From positions 3,360,001-3,424,000 of the forward strand of contig OZ244621.1 in NCBI GenBank assembly GCA_965218425.1: a stretch of DNA of 64,000 bases, read 5' to 3'. A program made the position numbers and the translations under genes. This document shows, one piece after another, positions 9,597 through 18,545 of the stretch (position 1 is the first letter of the stretch; each line of letters opens with the position of its first letter). The notes under the pieces are model-generated. The model was given only the letters and a program-made list of their open reading frames with translations, did no database searches and was not told where the DNA came from. The DNA comes from an uncultured Candidatus Binatia bacterium. GTDB lineage: Bacteria; Desulfobacterota; Binatia; UBA9968; CAXXLF01.

Positions 9597-10319
9597 ATGG
9601 GGAGACTGACCGGTAAGGTCGCATTGGTAACGGGAGGAAGCCGCGGCATTGGCAAGGCCATCGCTTCGGCCTACGCGCGCGAAGGAGCCAAGGTGTTCAT
9701 CAGTGCACGTGGCAGGAAGGATTTGGAAGCTACTGTGGAAGAGATCCGTGGGGCAGGGGGCGATGCTGAATGGCAGGTGGCTGACCTGTCCAAGGCCAGG
9801 GAAGTGAAACGCCTCGTGCGAGAGGTGGTTCGTTCCTGTGGCACCATTCATGTGCTCGTCAACAACGCGAGTTTGCTTGGACCACGAGAGACCCTTGCCC
9901 GGTATCCCCTTGCGGCCTGGGAGGAAGTGGTAAGGGTGAATCTTACGGGGCTATTCGTGATCACGAAGGAAGTTCTGGGTGTGATGATCCCACGTGAGGA
10001 GGGAACCATCATCAATGTTTCTTCTGGAGTGGGTAGGGTGGGGAGGGCGAGGTGGGGTGCCTATTCTGCGTCTAAGTTTGGCGTGGAGGGATTCACCCAG
10101 ATCTTAGCGGAGGAAGTGAAAAAGGGAAACATTCGGGTCAACGCCGTGAACCCAGGAGGCACAAGGACTGAGATGCGCGCCGAAGCCTACCCCGATGAGG
10201 ATCTCATGACTCTACCGCACCCGGATGAGATTACGCAAGTGTTTGTTTACCTGGCCACGGGAGAATCGGAAGGGGTAACGGGCAAATCCTTTGACGCAAG
10301 GGACTGGCTGAAAAAATGA
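9597..10319 (+). CDS. SDR family oxidoreductase (YciK-like)
   Basis: TGGSRGIG, NNAS, YSASK, NPGGTRTEMRAEAYP. Confidence 0.92.
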   Translation: MGRLTGKVALVTGGSRGIGKAIASAYAREGAKVFISARGRKDLEATVEEIRGAGGDAEWQVADLSKAREVKRLVREVVRSCGTIHVLVNNASLLGPRETLARYPLAAWEEVVRVNLTGLFVITKEVLGVMIPREEGTIINVSSGVGRVGRARWGAYSASKFGVEGFTQILAEEVKKGNIRVNAVNPGGTRTEMRAEAYPDEDLMTLPHPDEITQVFVYLATGESEGVTGKSFDARDWLKK

Positions 10320-10455
10320 TGGACGTATATTGGGGGATGGTTAGGGTCGAAAAGAAAGTGATTTGCGATGAATGTTTTGCCCTCGCCAACTGATGACTCG
10401 TTCGATGAGGAGATCATGGGCTCGGGAGCTTGTCCGAAGTGAGGAACGGGTTACG

Positions 10456-10586
10456 AGTGTTGAGTACTGAGTGGGGAAGAATGAAAGTCGACGTAGGGAA
10501 TGAGGATGAAGGGCGTGGGCATCGAACGCTCATCTTCAGATATTCACTGACCTATTGCCCACGGCCTGACGGCTCGCTCTCCGAGA
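10456..10586 (+). repeat. ~130-bp non-coding repeat, copy B
   Basis: About 81% identical to the reverse complement of 8388-8517. Confidence 0.9.
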
Positions 10587-10808
10587 GAGCTCAATAGCCT
10601 CGGTTAGAGTGGCAACGAGAGTCCGGCAGAGTGACGGAAGTCGCCAAAGCCATGAGTTACCGCAATGGAGAGTGTGCAATGGCCGTCTCCGTGACGGGCA
10701 GCCTAGATTCCGTTGACACTTGTGTTCGTCCTCTGCTATGGGTCGGACGAAGGATGATCTGGAAGGACTCAACGGAATGAGAAAGAATAACTCTCAGGGG
10801 GACTGCCC

Positions 10809-11552
10809 GTGAGCGAGGTTGCCATAGTAACCGGAGGAGGCAACGGGATTGGCCGTTCAGTGTGTCTCCGCTTTGCTCAGGCGGGGATAGCACTCGCCAT
10901 TGTGGACCGTGATTTGAAAGGGGCACAGGCCGCGCGTGACGAGGTCAAGCGTACTGGCGGCAACGCCGATGCCTATGGGTTGGATGTCAGGAATTCGGGC
11001 GAGATCAAAAAAGTTGTGGATGAAATAGCGGGTCGGTACGGGAAGATCGATATCCTTGCAAATATCGCCGGCGGTAGCTTTTACCAGAAGCGGATCGAGG
11101 AGTTCAACTGGAGCCACTGGAAAGAAGTGGTGGATATCAATCTTAAAGGGACCTTCCTTTGTTGCCGCGAAGTGGGCCGCGTAATGGTTAAGCAGGAGAA
11201 GGGCCGCATCGTCAATACCGCATCCAATTATGGGATCACGGGCAGTGCTACGCGCACTCCCTATGCCGCGGCTAAGGCCGGTATCATCGGGTTCAGTAAG
11301 TCCCTGGCCATGGAACTGGCGCCCCACGGTGTTTTGGTCAATGTCATTGCCCCCGGTCCGACGGATACCCCCATGGTTATGTCCAGAACCACACCGGAGG
11401 CCCGCCTTGAATGGGCGCAAAGAGAGATACCCTTTGGACGGACAGGAAAACCGGAAGATATCGCCGAGGGAGTCTATTTTCTTGTGGGGCCGGAGAGTGC
11501 ATACATGACAGGCCAGACCCTTCATGTGAACGGCGGTCTGGTGATGGTGTAG
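10809..11552 (+). CDS. SDR family oxidoreductase (FabG-like)
   Basis: TGGGNGIG, YAAAK, MTGQTLHVNGG. Confidence 0.92.
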   Translation: MSEVAIVTGGGNGIGRSVCLRFAQAGIALAIVDRDLKGAQAARDEVKRTGGNADAYGLDVRNSGEIKKVVDEIAGRYGKIDILANIAGGSFYQKRIEEFNWSHWKEVVDINLKGTFLCCREVGRVMVKQEKGRIVNTASNYGITGSATRTPYAAAKAGIIGFSKSLAMELAPHGVLVNVIAPGPTDTPMVMSRTTPEARLEWAQREIPFGRTGKPEDIAEGVYFLVGPESAYMTGQTLHVNGGLVMV

Positions 11553-11557
11553 ATATC

Positions 11558-12304
11558 ATGAGGCTCAAAGGAAAAGTCGCTGTCATAACCGGGGCCGCCC
11601 AGGGATTCGGGCGATCCATCGCCCTGAGTTTTGCCCAAGAGGGGGCGAGGCTCGTGCTCGCGGACGTCAAGGATGACGGGATCAAAGGCGTCAGTGGAGA
11701 GGTTGTTGCCGCGGGGGCTGAGGCGCTGGCGGTGCGAGCCAACGTTGCGGATGAAGCCTCGATCCTAAACTTAAAAGATCAGACTCTTAGCCGCTTCGGC
11801 GGGGTTGATATCCTGGTCAACAACGCGGGGATCTACCCCCATTCTGACACGTTGGAGATGGCCGAGGAGGAATGGGATCGGGTCCTCCAAACGAATCTGG
11901 GGGGAAACTTTCTCTGCTCGCACGCGTTTGTGCCCCAGATGCGTACTCAGAAGGGCGGCCGCATCATCAGCATCGCCTCAGCCATTGCCTACAAGGGAGC
12001 AAAAGGCGGATCTCACTATGCCGCCTCTAAGGCCGCCATCGTGGGCTTTGTGAAATCCCTGGCCCGCGAGTTGGCGCCCGACGGCATTACCGTCAATTCC
12101 ATTTGCCCGGGCATTGCAGATACGGCGTTGCCTAGAAGCCATCGCACGGTAGAAGAGCTATACGCCAGGGCGAAGGATGTACCATTGGGACGAATTGCGC
12201 AAACCGAGGATATCGCCCGGGTAGCAACTTTTCTGGCCACGGATTCCGCCTCATACATTACGGGTCAGGCGCTGGTGGTGGATGGAGGTACCCTGATGTT
12301 GTGA
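11558..12304 (+). CDS. SDR family oxidoreductase (FabG-like)
   Basis: TGAAQGFG, NNAG, YAASK; start at ATG 11558. Confidence 0.92.
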   Translation: MRLKGKVAVITGAAQGFGRSIALSFAQEGARLVLADVKDDGIKGVSGEVVAAGAEALAVRANVADEASILNLKDQTLSRFGGVDILVNNAGIYPHSDTLEMAEEEWDRVLQTNLGGNFLCSHAFVPQMRTQKGGRIISIASAIAYKGAKGGSHYAASKAAIVGFVKSLARELAPDGITVNSICPGIADTALPRSHRTVEELYARAKDVPLGRIAQTEDIARVATFLATDSASYITGQALVVDGGTLML

Positions 12305-12310
12305 GGCGTG

Positions 12311-13621
12311 CTAGCCTCCAATGAGTATGCTCCCTTCGTCGAAGAAGGTTCCCGCCACCGCCGCTGTCATTAAACATCCTAGAGTTGCTGCCAAAAGTGC
12401 TCGGAATCCCAATTCAGAGAGATCTTTGGTGCGTTTTGGGGCCAGGGCGGCGATACCACCCACGAATATCGCCAACGAAGCCACGTGGGCAAATCCGCAT
12501 AGCGCGTAGGTTGCAATCACTGCTGAGCGTGGGTGTTTTAAGACATCTTGAGCCAACAACCTGGCCAGATCCTGATACGACTGAACTTCGGTCAATACGG
12601 TGCGCTCGCCAATGATCCTGGCAATGGGCGCGGCATCTGACGGCGGAATACCGATGACCAGGGTAAATGGATAAAAGAGATAGCCAAGTAACCCCCGTAA
12701 AGAAAAATCCACTTTCCAGTCGAACCAGCCGTTGATCCAGCCTCCCGCCACCCCCAACAATAAATCAATCAACGCCACCAACCCGAGAAAGGCGAGCAAC
12801 AAGGCCACAATCCCCACCAAGAGCCGGACGCCGCTGTTGGCTCCGTTGATAATGGCCTCGATGAGGTTGCTTTCGCGTTCATAGTGCGGCTCGACGTTGA
12901 TCCCTAGAGTCGTCGGTACGCCATCTTCCGGCATTACGATCTTGGACATCACCACCGCTCCCGGGGCAGCAAGTATAGAGGCAGAAACGAGATGGCCTGC
13001 AATGGTGGGAAACTCTGATTGCAGTATGAAGACATAGAGAGCCAACATGCTGGAGGCGATGGTGCCCATTCCCGCCGCAAGAATGGTGCACAACTCAGAG
13101 CGGGTCATCTCATTCAGGTGGGGCCGGATGGTGAGTGACGATTCAATGCCTACGAAGATATTACTTGAAACACACAATGACTCTGCACCGCTTAACTTCA
13201 TCAGCCGTGTGAAGATTTGGGCGAATCCGCGAATGAGCCATGGAATCACCCTGAGATAATAGAGAGCCCCCACCAGAGCAGCAAAAAAAATAACCGTGGG
13301 TAATGCCTGGAACGCCAGAATAAATCCCAGAGAGGGTTCTCCTGACTCATTGACCGTGCCCGGGGGGAGAGCCAGGCGACCGAAGAGGAATTTCGTCCCT
13401 GCCGTGGCGCTATCCAGGACTTTTACCACCACATTGTTTATAAAAAGGAAGGCTCGCGCCCCAGCGGGAACCTGAAAGATAAAGAGGGCGAACAAAAATT
13501 GTAATCCAATCCCCCAAAGGATAAGTTGCCAGTTCAAAATCCTTCGATTATTGGAGCAAAGCCAGGCGAATCCCAGCAGGATAAAGATCCCAGCTAGACT
13601 AACAAAGTTGTACGATTCCAT
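12311..13621 (-). CDS. NupC/NupG concentrative nucleoside transporter
   Basis: AFQALPTVIFF, NIFVGIES, YALCGFAHVAS; many TMs. Confidence 0.93.
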   Translation of the reverse strand: MESYNFVSLAGIFILLGFAWLCSNNRRILNWQLILWGIGLQFLFALFIFQVPAGARAFLFINNVVVKVLDSATAGTKFLFGRLALPPGTVNESGEPSLGFILAFQALPTVIFFAALVGALYYLRVIPWLIRGFAQIFTRLMKLSGAESLCVSSNIFVGIESSLTIRPHLNEMTRSELCTILAAGMGTIASSMLALYVFILQSEFPTIAGHLVSASILAAPGAVVMSKIVMPEDGVPTTLGINVEPHYERESNLIEAIINGANSGVRLLVGIVALLLAFLGLVALIDLLLGVAGGWINGWFDWKVDFSLRGLLGYLFYPFTLVIGIPPSDAAPIARIIGERTVLTEVQSYQDLARLLAQDVLKHPRSAVIATYALCGFAHVASLAIFVGGIAALAPKRTKDLSELGFRALLAATLGCLMTAAVAGTFFDEGSILIGG

Positions 13622-13737
13622 TGGGAAGCCACAGGAGCCGCTAAGGGTCCAAGAATATTGATTTGTAGCATTTGTCTTGGAAGGAGGGCAATGATTATTT
13701 TTCGGTTCACTTGCCAGCAAGGGTTTGGGTTTTAATC

Positions 13738-13970
13738 ATGACGACACAGTTACTCCTGGTTCTCGGGTCAATTGCCCTGCTCGACAGTCCTCTTTGGTCT
13801 TCTATAACCTCATGTTTGTTTTGCCCCTGGTCTGTCTCATCATCATAAGGATGCACCTTGGAAGGGACAGCGAACTCGTGTTTCAACGGGTAGCACAATT
13901 CTCAGAACTCTGGGGCAGACGATTGATTGTGTCAATATTATTTCTGGTGGGGGATCGCCCTGCTAGTTGA
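13738..13970 (+). pseudogene. GAP/Sap-family membrane protein relic (internally deleted)
   Basis: MTTQLLLVLGSIALLDS start joined out of frame to LVFYNLMFVLPL C-terminal part. Confidence 0.5.
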
Positions 13971-14321
13971 CGGTATCGGGTGGTTCCTGGGGTACCCGAT
14001 ACTACCCGTGGGTTAGTTGTGGGGCGAATCACCGAAGCGTTGAAAGGATGCATTCAATGAACCTTCCGGAGGCAAAAATCGTTGATCTTGGGGTGACGGA
14101 GATTACCTATCGGGAAATGGGGTACGGGCCGGCGCTGAGATGTCCTAGCCCATTTCCTTGATGCACTTTCGATGGAACTGAGGCGAATGAACTCTTGTCT
14201 GGGTCAGTTTTTGGCTCAAGTGGGTTGAGGTTTGGAATCAGGGGTCAAATTCAACCGCTCGAATCCGCGGTGCGGGCCTGGCGGGTATGGCCTTTTGTCA
14301 GAATTATGTTAAACTTTCTTA

Positions 14322-14576
14322 ATGATTAGCCCAGCGGAAATAGAGGCGGCCCTGCAAAAGGCTCTGACACAACCAACCGTTAACGTTCAGGATCTCACTG
14401 GCGGTGGCGACCACTTTCAGGTGTTGGTGATTTCGTCTTCTTTCGAAGGAAAAAAGTTGGTGGAACAACACCAGTTGGTTTACGCTGCTCTTGAAGAGGC
14501 CCTGGGGAGCGAACGCATCCACGCCCTGGCCCTAAAGACCATGACGCCGGGGGAGTGGGATCGATTAGGTTCGTAA
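14322..14576 (+). CDS. BolA/IbaG family protein
   Basis: GGGDHF, FEGKKLVEQHQLVY, IHALALKT. Confidence 0.93.
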   Translation: MISPAEIEAALQKALTQPTVNVQDLTGGGDHFQVLVISSSFEGKKLVEQHQLVYAALEEALGSERIHALALKTMTPGEWDRLGS

Positions 14577-14675
14577 CGTTAAGCTTCCCCGGCATTTCAA
14601 GTCCCTTTTCAGATCACCGCTACGAACTGGATGTGGCTGTTAGTCCGCACCGGTAAACCTTTGCCGAGAACTATA

Positions 14676-15248
14676 CTAGGGAAGGTGTGAGAAGAGATCG
14701 CTAAAATTGTGAATCCTCATCACCGCAGGATGGTTAAACGACCGGTTGTAGGGGCGGTGAGGCATCAGGACCAGAGCCTTGGTCTTTTCTGCCACGTCCT
14801 GACAGTTCTCGTAGCGGTCATCCATGAAAAACTGGATTCCCAGGCTCTCCACCAATTCTGCCTTGCTTTCGTTGGTGAAATGGATCACCGGTCGGCTGAC
14901 GCCATGCCTTTTGAGCCATTCGGACGTGACTCCGTGAATATCATAGGTGTCCCGTACATAACGATGAGTGACAAAGAACAGGCGCCTCTCGACGCTAAGG
15001 CTCTCCAGCTTGCTCCACTCCTTTGGCGTAATGAGGGAGGACATGCCCTGCCAAAAGACCGGGTCGTAGGAGACCTCCTCCAAACACTCCCGGACCAGCT
15101 CATCGGATAGAACCGGGTGTTCCGAAAAGTTAAAATCCGTGATGGAGTCGGCGTGAATGGGTCCGTTACCAGTCTTCTCTTCCAAACGTAGCAAAAATGG
15201 AGAGAGGAAATCCGCAAGCACACCGTCAATATCGAGCCCCACAATCAT
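14676..15248 (-). CDS. HAD-superfamily 5'(3')-nucleotidase (NT5C-like)
   Basis: GLDIDGVLADF, VTHR, K...FFMDD, RPYN. Confidence 0.85.
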   Translation of the reverse strand: MIVGLDIDGVLADFLSPFLLRLEEKTGNGPIHADSITDFNFSEHPVLSDELVRECLEEVSYDPVFWQGMSSLITPKEWSKLESLSVERRLFFVTHRYVRDTYDIHGVTSEWLKRHGVSRPVIHFTNESKAELVESLGIQFFMDDRYENCQDVAEKTKALVLMPHRPYNRSFNHPAVMRIHNFSDLFSHLP

Positions 15249-15395
15249 GCGGTTTACTTTACGTAAAATCCTAAAAAGCGTCAATGGGAACGGCAGTGGA
15301 GCCCACAACGGCGATGGTTGATAAGGGACGAATCTTTGATACAGAAAATCTGAGTGGTAGAACAGTTAGGATTTAACATCCGAAGGGAGAGCCCC

Positions 15396-15890
15396 ATGCC
15401 GGACCAACCAGATGTACTGAAGGACAAGATCCAACGCTACACAGCGACTTTTCGAACAAGGGTTCCGGACTGGGACGCTTTTGCTGATGCAAGGGTTCCA
15501 GGTTACCGGCGTGCACAGATGCGATTCATTGGGGCCGGAGCTTCGGGAAAGCAGGACATGAACACTATCCCCCCGAATAACTTCACCTTGAGTATCATGT
15601 ATGTGCCTGTGGGGGAGGGCAACGCCCCGCACACACATGAGGTGGAAGAGGTATTTTTTGTGCTGCAAGGTCATCTCACGGTTTTTATGGAGGATGGAAA
15701 GGGACAGCGGGTGGAGACTACGTTGGGGCCATGGGACTGTATCCTCTGCCCAGAAAATGTAATTCACGGTTATCAGAACAAGGGGCTTGAACCCATCTAT
15801 ATGCAGGTTATGCTGGGTCGGGGGAGTCCGGACCTCATGTCTTATCAGGATCCCGGATTGCAGAAACGGCGCAATGAACACCTCCAATGA
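15396..15890 (+). CDS. Cupin domain protein
   Basis: PHTHEVEEVFFVLQG...PENVIHGYQN. Confidence 0.88.
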   Translation: MPDQPDVLKDKIQRYTATFRTRVPDWDAFADARVPGYRRAQMRFIGAGASGKQDMNTIPPNNFTLSIMYVPVGEGNAPHTHEVEEVFFVLQGHLTVFMEDGKGQRVETTLGPWDCILCPENVIHGYQNKGLEPIYMQVMLGRGSPDLMSYQDPGLQKRRNEHLQ

Positions 15891-16045
15891 ATACAATTTT
15901 CCCATACATGGCCGTGCGATAGAGACGGTGAGCTAGGTCGTTTTGTTCTCTTGATACGAGGAAAACCATCACACAGTATGGATGGAAGGGAACGAGCCCT
16001 GACGGATGTGGGCATTGAGCGTAAGGGTCGAACGGTTTCTTGGTC

Positions 16046-16735
16046 ATGAATTCAAAGAGATTTGTTCAACCCCGTTTTAATTCTCAGAGACACCCTCTGG
16101 TGGCTGTCGATTTGGTCATTTATACCTTGGCCAAGAGGTCTTTGCAGTGTCTCCTAGTGCAAGTGAAGGAAGGTCCCTTTGCCAATTTGTGGGCTTTTCC
16201 TGGGGGCCTTGTTGGGTCAGGAGAATCCCTTGATGAGGCAGCCCTGAGGGAGCTTCAAGAGCGCACCGGTCTTAAGAAGGTCTATCTAGAGCAGCTCTAT
16301 ACCTTTGGAAAGCCCGAGAGGGACCCCCGGATGCGGGTGGTCTCGGTATCCTACCTGGCCCTGGTGCCTCATCGGAAAGTGAAGGTAAAGCCAGCGGATA
16401 AATACGCTGAAGTGCAATGGTTCCCGGTCATCCAACTGCCGCCCTTGGCCTATGATCACAGTCAAGTGGCCAACCTGGCAATGGATCGGCTCCACACAAA
16501 ACTCCAGTATACGAATATTGTCTTTAGCCTGCTGCCACCGGAGTTTACATTGGGTGAGCTACAGGAAGTTTACGAGATCATCCTGCATCGAGCTCTGGAT
16601 AGGCGTAACTTTAGAAAGAAGATACTAGCCCTGGGGCTTCTCAATCCGTTACCGAGGGTCAGACGTGGAGCTCATCGGCCGGCCTCTCTCTACGCCTTTA
16701 AGCGTAACCGACCCATGGTAGTGGAAATGCTATAA
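16046..16735 (+). CDS. NrtR-type Nudix hydrolase with winged-helix DNA-binding domain
   Basis: FPGG...GESLDEAALREL, LEQLYTF...RDPR, LAYDH, FTLGELQEVYE...DRRNFRKK. Confidence 0.9.
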   Translation: MNSKRFVQPRFNSQRHPLVAVDLVIYTLAKRSLQCLLVQVKEGPFANLWAFPGGLVGSGESLDEAALRELQERTGLKKVYLEQLYTFGKPERDPRMRVVSVSYLALVPHRKVKVKPADKYAEVQWFPVIQLPPLAYDHSQVANLAMDRLHTKLQYTNIVFSLLPPEFTLGELQEVYEIILHRALDRRNFRKKILALGLLNPLPRVRRGAHRPASLYAFKRNRPMVVEML

Positions 16736-16809
16736 CCCCGATCCGATAAATTATCAATAAGCTCATTCGTATCTAAACAAGTAAATCAACCGGTCACCCT
16801 CGGCGCGAG

Positions 16810-17619
16810 CTACTCATATTGTAAGACGCCTTCCGGTCTCAGCACCACAATTTCCGTGGTAGAGGGTAGGGCGGATTTGCTCATGGTCAGGGTACTGGTT
16901 TTCATGTATCGAACTCGGAATCCCTCCGCGAACTCCTCCACCTGGTAAAGATTGTCACGATAGTGCATGGGAATGGCGATCTTTGGTTTGAGCTGGCGCA
17001 CAACTTCTCTTGCGATCTGTGGGCCCATGGTAAATCTCCCGCCGATGGGAGTCAATACGATGTCCACATCACCGATCAGCTTGAGCTGGCCCCGGGTCAA
17101 CGGATGACTCAAGTCACCCAGGTGAGCGATGCATAGGTCACCCACATCAAATATAAAGGCAGCACCCTTGAGCAGTCCTGCGTCTACACCGTTCTGATAG
17201 ACCGGGATATTGTAGACAAAAACATCCCGTACGCTCATACTGATCCGATTCCAATCCGCCCCGAAATCCGATAAGCCCCTCAAAATGATGGGGTCTCCGC
17301 GAATCATTTCCACGTAGTTGTGGTTGAAGTGCTCTCTTCCGACAGTAACCACGTGGGCCGAAACATTCGGGTCCGGATACCAGCCCGGTCCTAACGGGTC
17401 GGTGACAATCCGGGTTCCCTTCTCACTGATGATTTGGAAGAAGTTGTGTCCAAGGTAGGTAATGGTGGCATCGGGTGTCGCAGCGTAGGCCGGGGTGGGA
17501 AATCCCCTTGCCACATTGACCTCACGGCACCCGGCCTGCAGAGTGTGGGCGAGCAGCAGCAAGGGAAAGAGAAACACCGAGATGGTATACCATCGAACCA
17601 TCTTCATTATGTTCTCCAT
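16810..17619 (-). CDS. Exported MBL-fold metallo-hydrolase (Lactamase_B_3-like)
   Basis: Signal peptide; ITYLGHN, EHFNHN, HLGDL, PIGG.FTM, IPMHY. Confidence 0.85.
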   Translation of the reverse strand: MENIMKMVRWYTISVFLFPLLLLAHTLQAGCREVNVARGFPTPAYAATPDATITYLGHNFFQIISEKGTRIVTDPLGPGWYPDPNVSAHVVTVGREHFNHNYVEMIRGDPIILRGLSDFGADWNRISMSVRDVFVYNIPVYQNGVDAGLLKGAAFIFDVGDLCIAHLGDLSHPLTRGQLKLIGDVDIVLTPIGGRFTMGPQIAREVVRQLKPKIAIPMHYRDNLYQVEEFAEGFRVRYMKTSTLTMSKSALPSTTEIVVLRPEGVLQYE

Positions 17620-18377
17620 GGGTTCAAAGGATTGCGAACCCCTATCCCCGACGCTCTGAAGAAGTCCGCCACGTACTGGCTAGCGGGCCGTTGCATAAGC
17701 CCCTCAACGGAATCCATCTGTTCAAAACGGCCGTCCCTCATCAAGCCGATTCGATCACCCAGGGCAAGGGCGTCCGAGAGATCGTGGGTTACGTAAAGGG
17801 TGGTCAGGCGGTTACTGCGATGAAAACTGAGGATCTCGTTTCGCATCTTGATTCGGCTCGGAGGGTCCAGATTGCTCAGGGGCTCATCCATCAGTAGTAT
17901 TCGCGGGGTGGTGGTCATGGCCCGGCCCAGGGCCACCCGTTGCTGCTGGCCGGAGGAGAGTTCCTGGGGTCTCCGAGAAAAAAAGCTATCTTCGATTCCT
18001 AAGCTATTGGTGATTTGACGGATTCCTTCCCGGATTTTTTCTTTTGACCACTTTCTGATCTTGAGGGGGAAGGTAAGGTTGGTGAATTTGCGTTCGTCAA
18101 AGATCTTCATATGGGGCCAGAGGGCATAATTCTGAAAGATCATCTGAACCCCTCTTTTTCCCGGCGGTAGGTCGTTTACCGGGACTCCGCCCACGTAGAT
18201 GGTGCCGCTATCTGAATCTTCCAGTCCAGCAATGAGTCGCAGCAGGGTCGTTTTACCAGAGCCGCTTGCGCCAATGATCACCAGCAGCTCCCCATCGTCC
18301 ACGGAAAAATTCACCTGGTTCACTGCAACAATAGAACCGAATTGCTTTGTCAGGTCATTGACGGCGAGAGTGATCAT
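17607..18377 (-). CDS. ABC transporter ATP-binding protein (MalK/PotA-like), no adjacent permease
   Basis: GASGSGKT, FQNYALWPH, LSSGQQQR, LLMDEP, VTHD. Confidence 0.92.
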   Translation of the reverse strand: MITLAVNDLTKQFGSIVAVNQVNFSVDDGELLVIIGASGSGKTTLLRLIAGLEDSDSGTIYVGGVPVNDLPPGKRGVQMIFQNYALWPHMKIFDERKFTNLTFPLKIRKWSKEKIREGIRQITNSLGIEDSFFSRRPQELSSGQQQRVALGRAMTTTPRILLMDEPLSNLDPPSRIKMRNEILSFHRSNRLTTLYVTHDLSDALALGDRIGLMRDGRFEQMDSVEGLMQRPASQYVADFFRASGIGVRNPLNPWRT

Positions 18378-18545
18378 GCAGCTAGATGTTAGTAGAAGAT
18401 AAAGCGGAAGACAATAACCAGGGAAGGGTTTTAAATGAGATTATTGAGTCCATGGAAAAGGGGGATTGGGATGGAGCCAGATGGACATTTACTTCTACGT
18501 GGGCTAGTAACAATGGGCGTGAATGGGCGATGATTTTTAAAGAAG

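Noticed and set aside
10381..10445. Hammerhead-like CTGATGA-CTC...GAG-GAGA
   Set aside because: GAAA core reads GAGA, and stems I and III cannot form around a UH site.
10745..10805. AACTCTCAGG resembling a glycine riboswitch
   Set aside because: The upstream GGAGA...CCGAAG elements are absent.
14057..14161. Possible alpha/beta-hydrolase N-terminal stub (ITYREMGYGPAL)
   Set aside because: Too short to support a family call.
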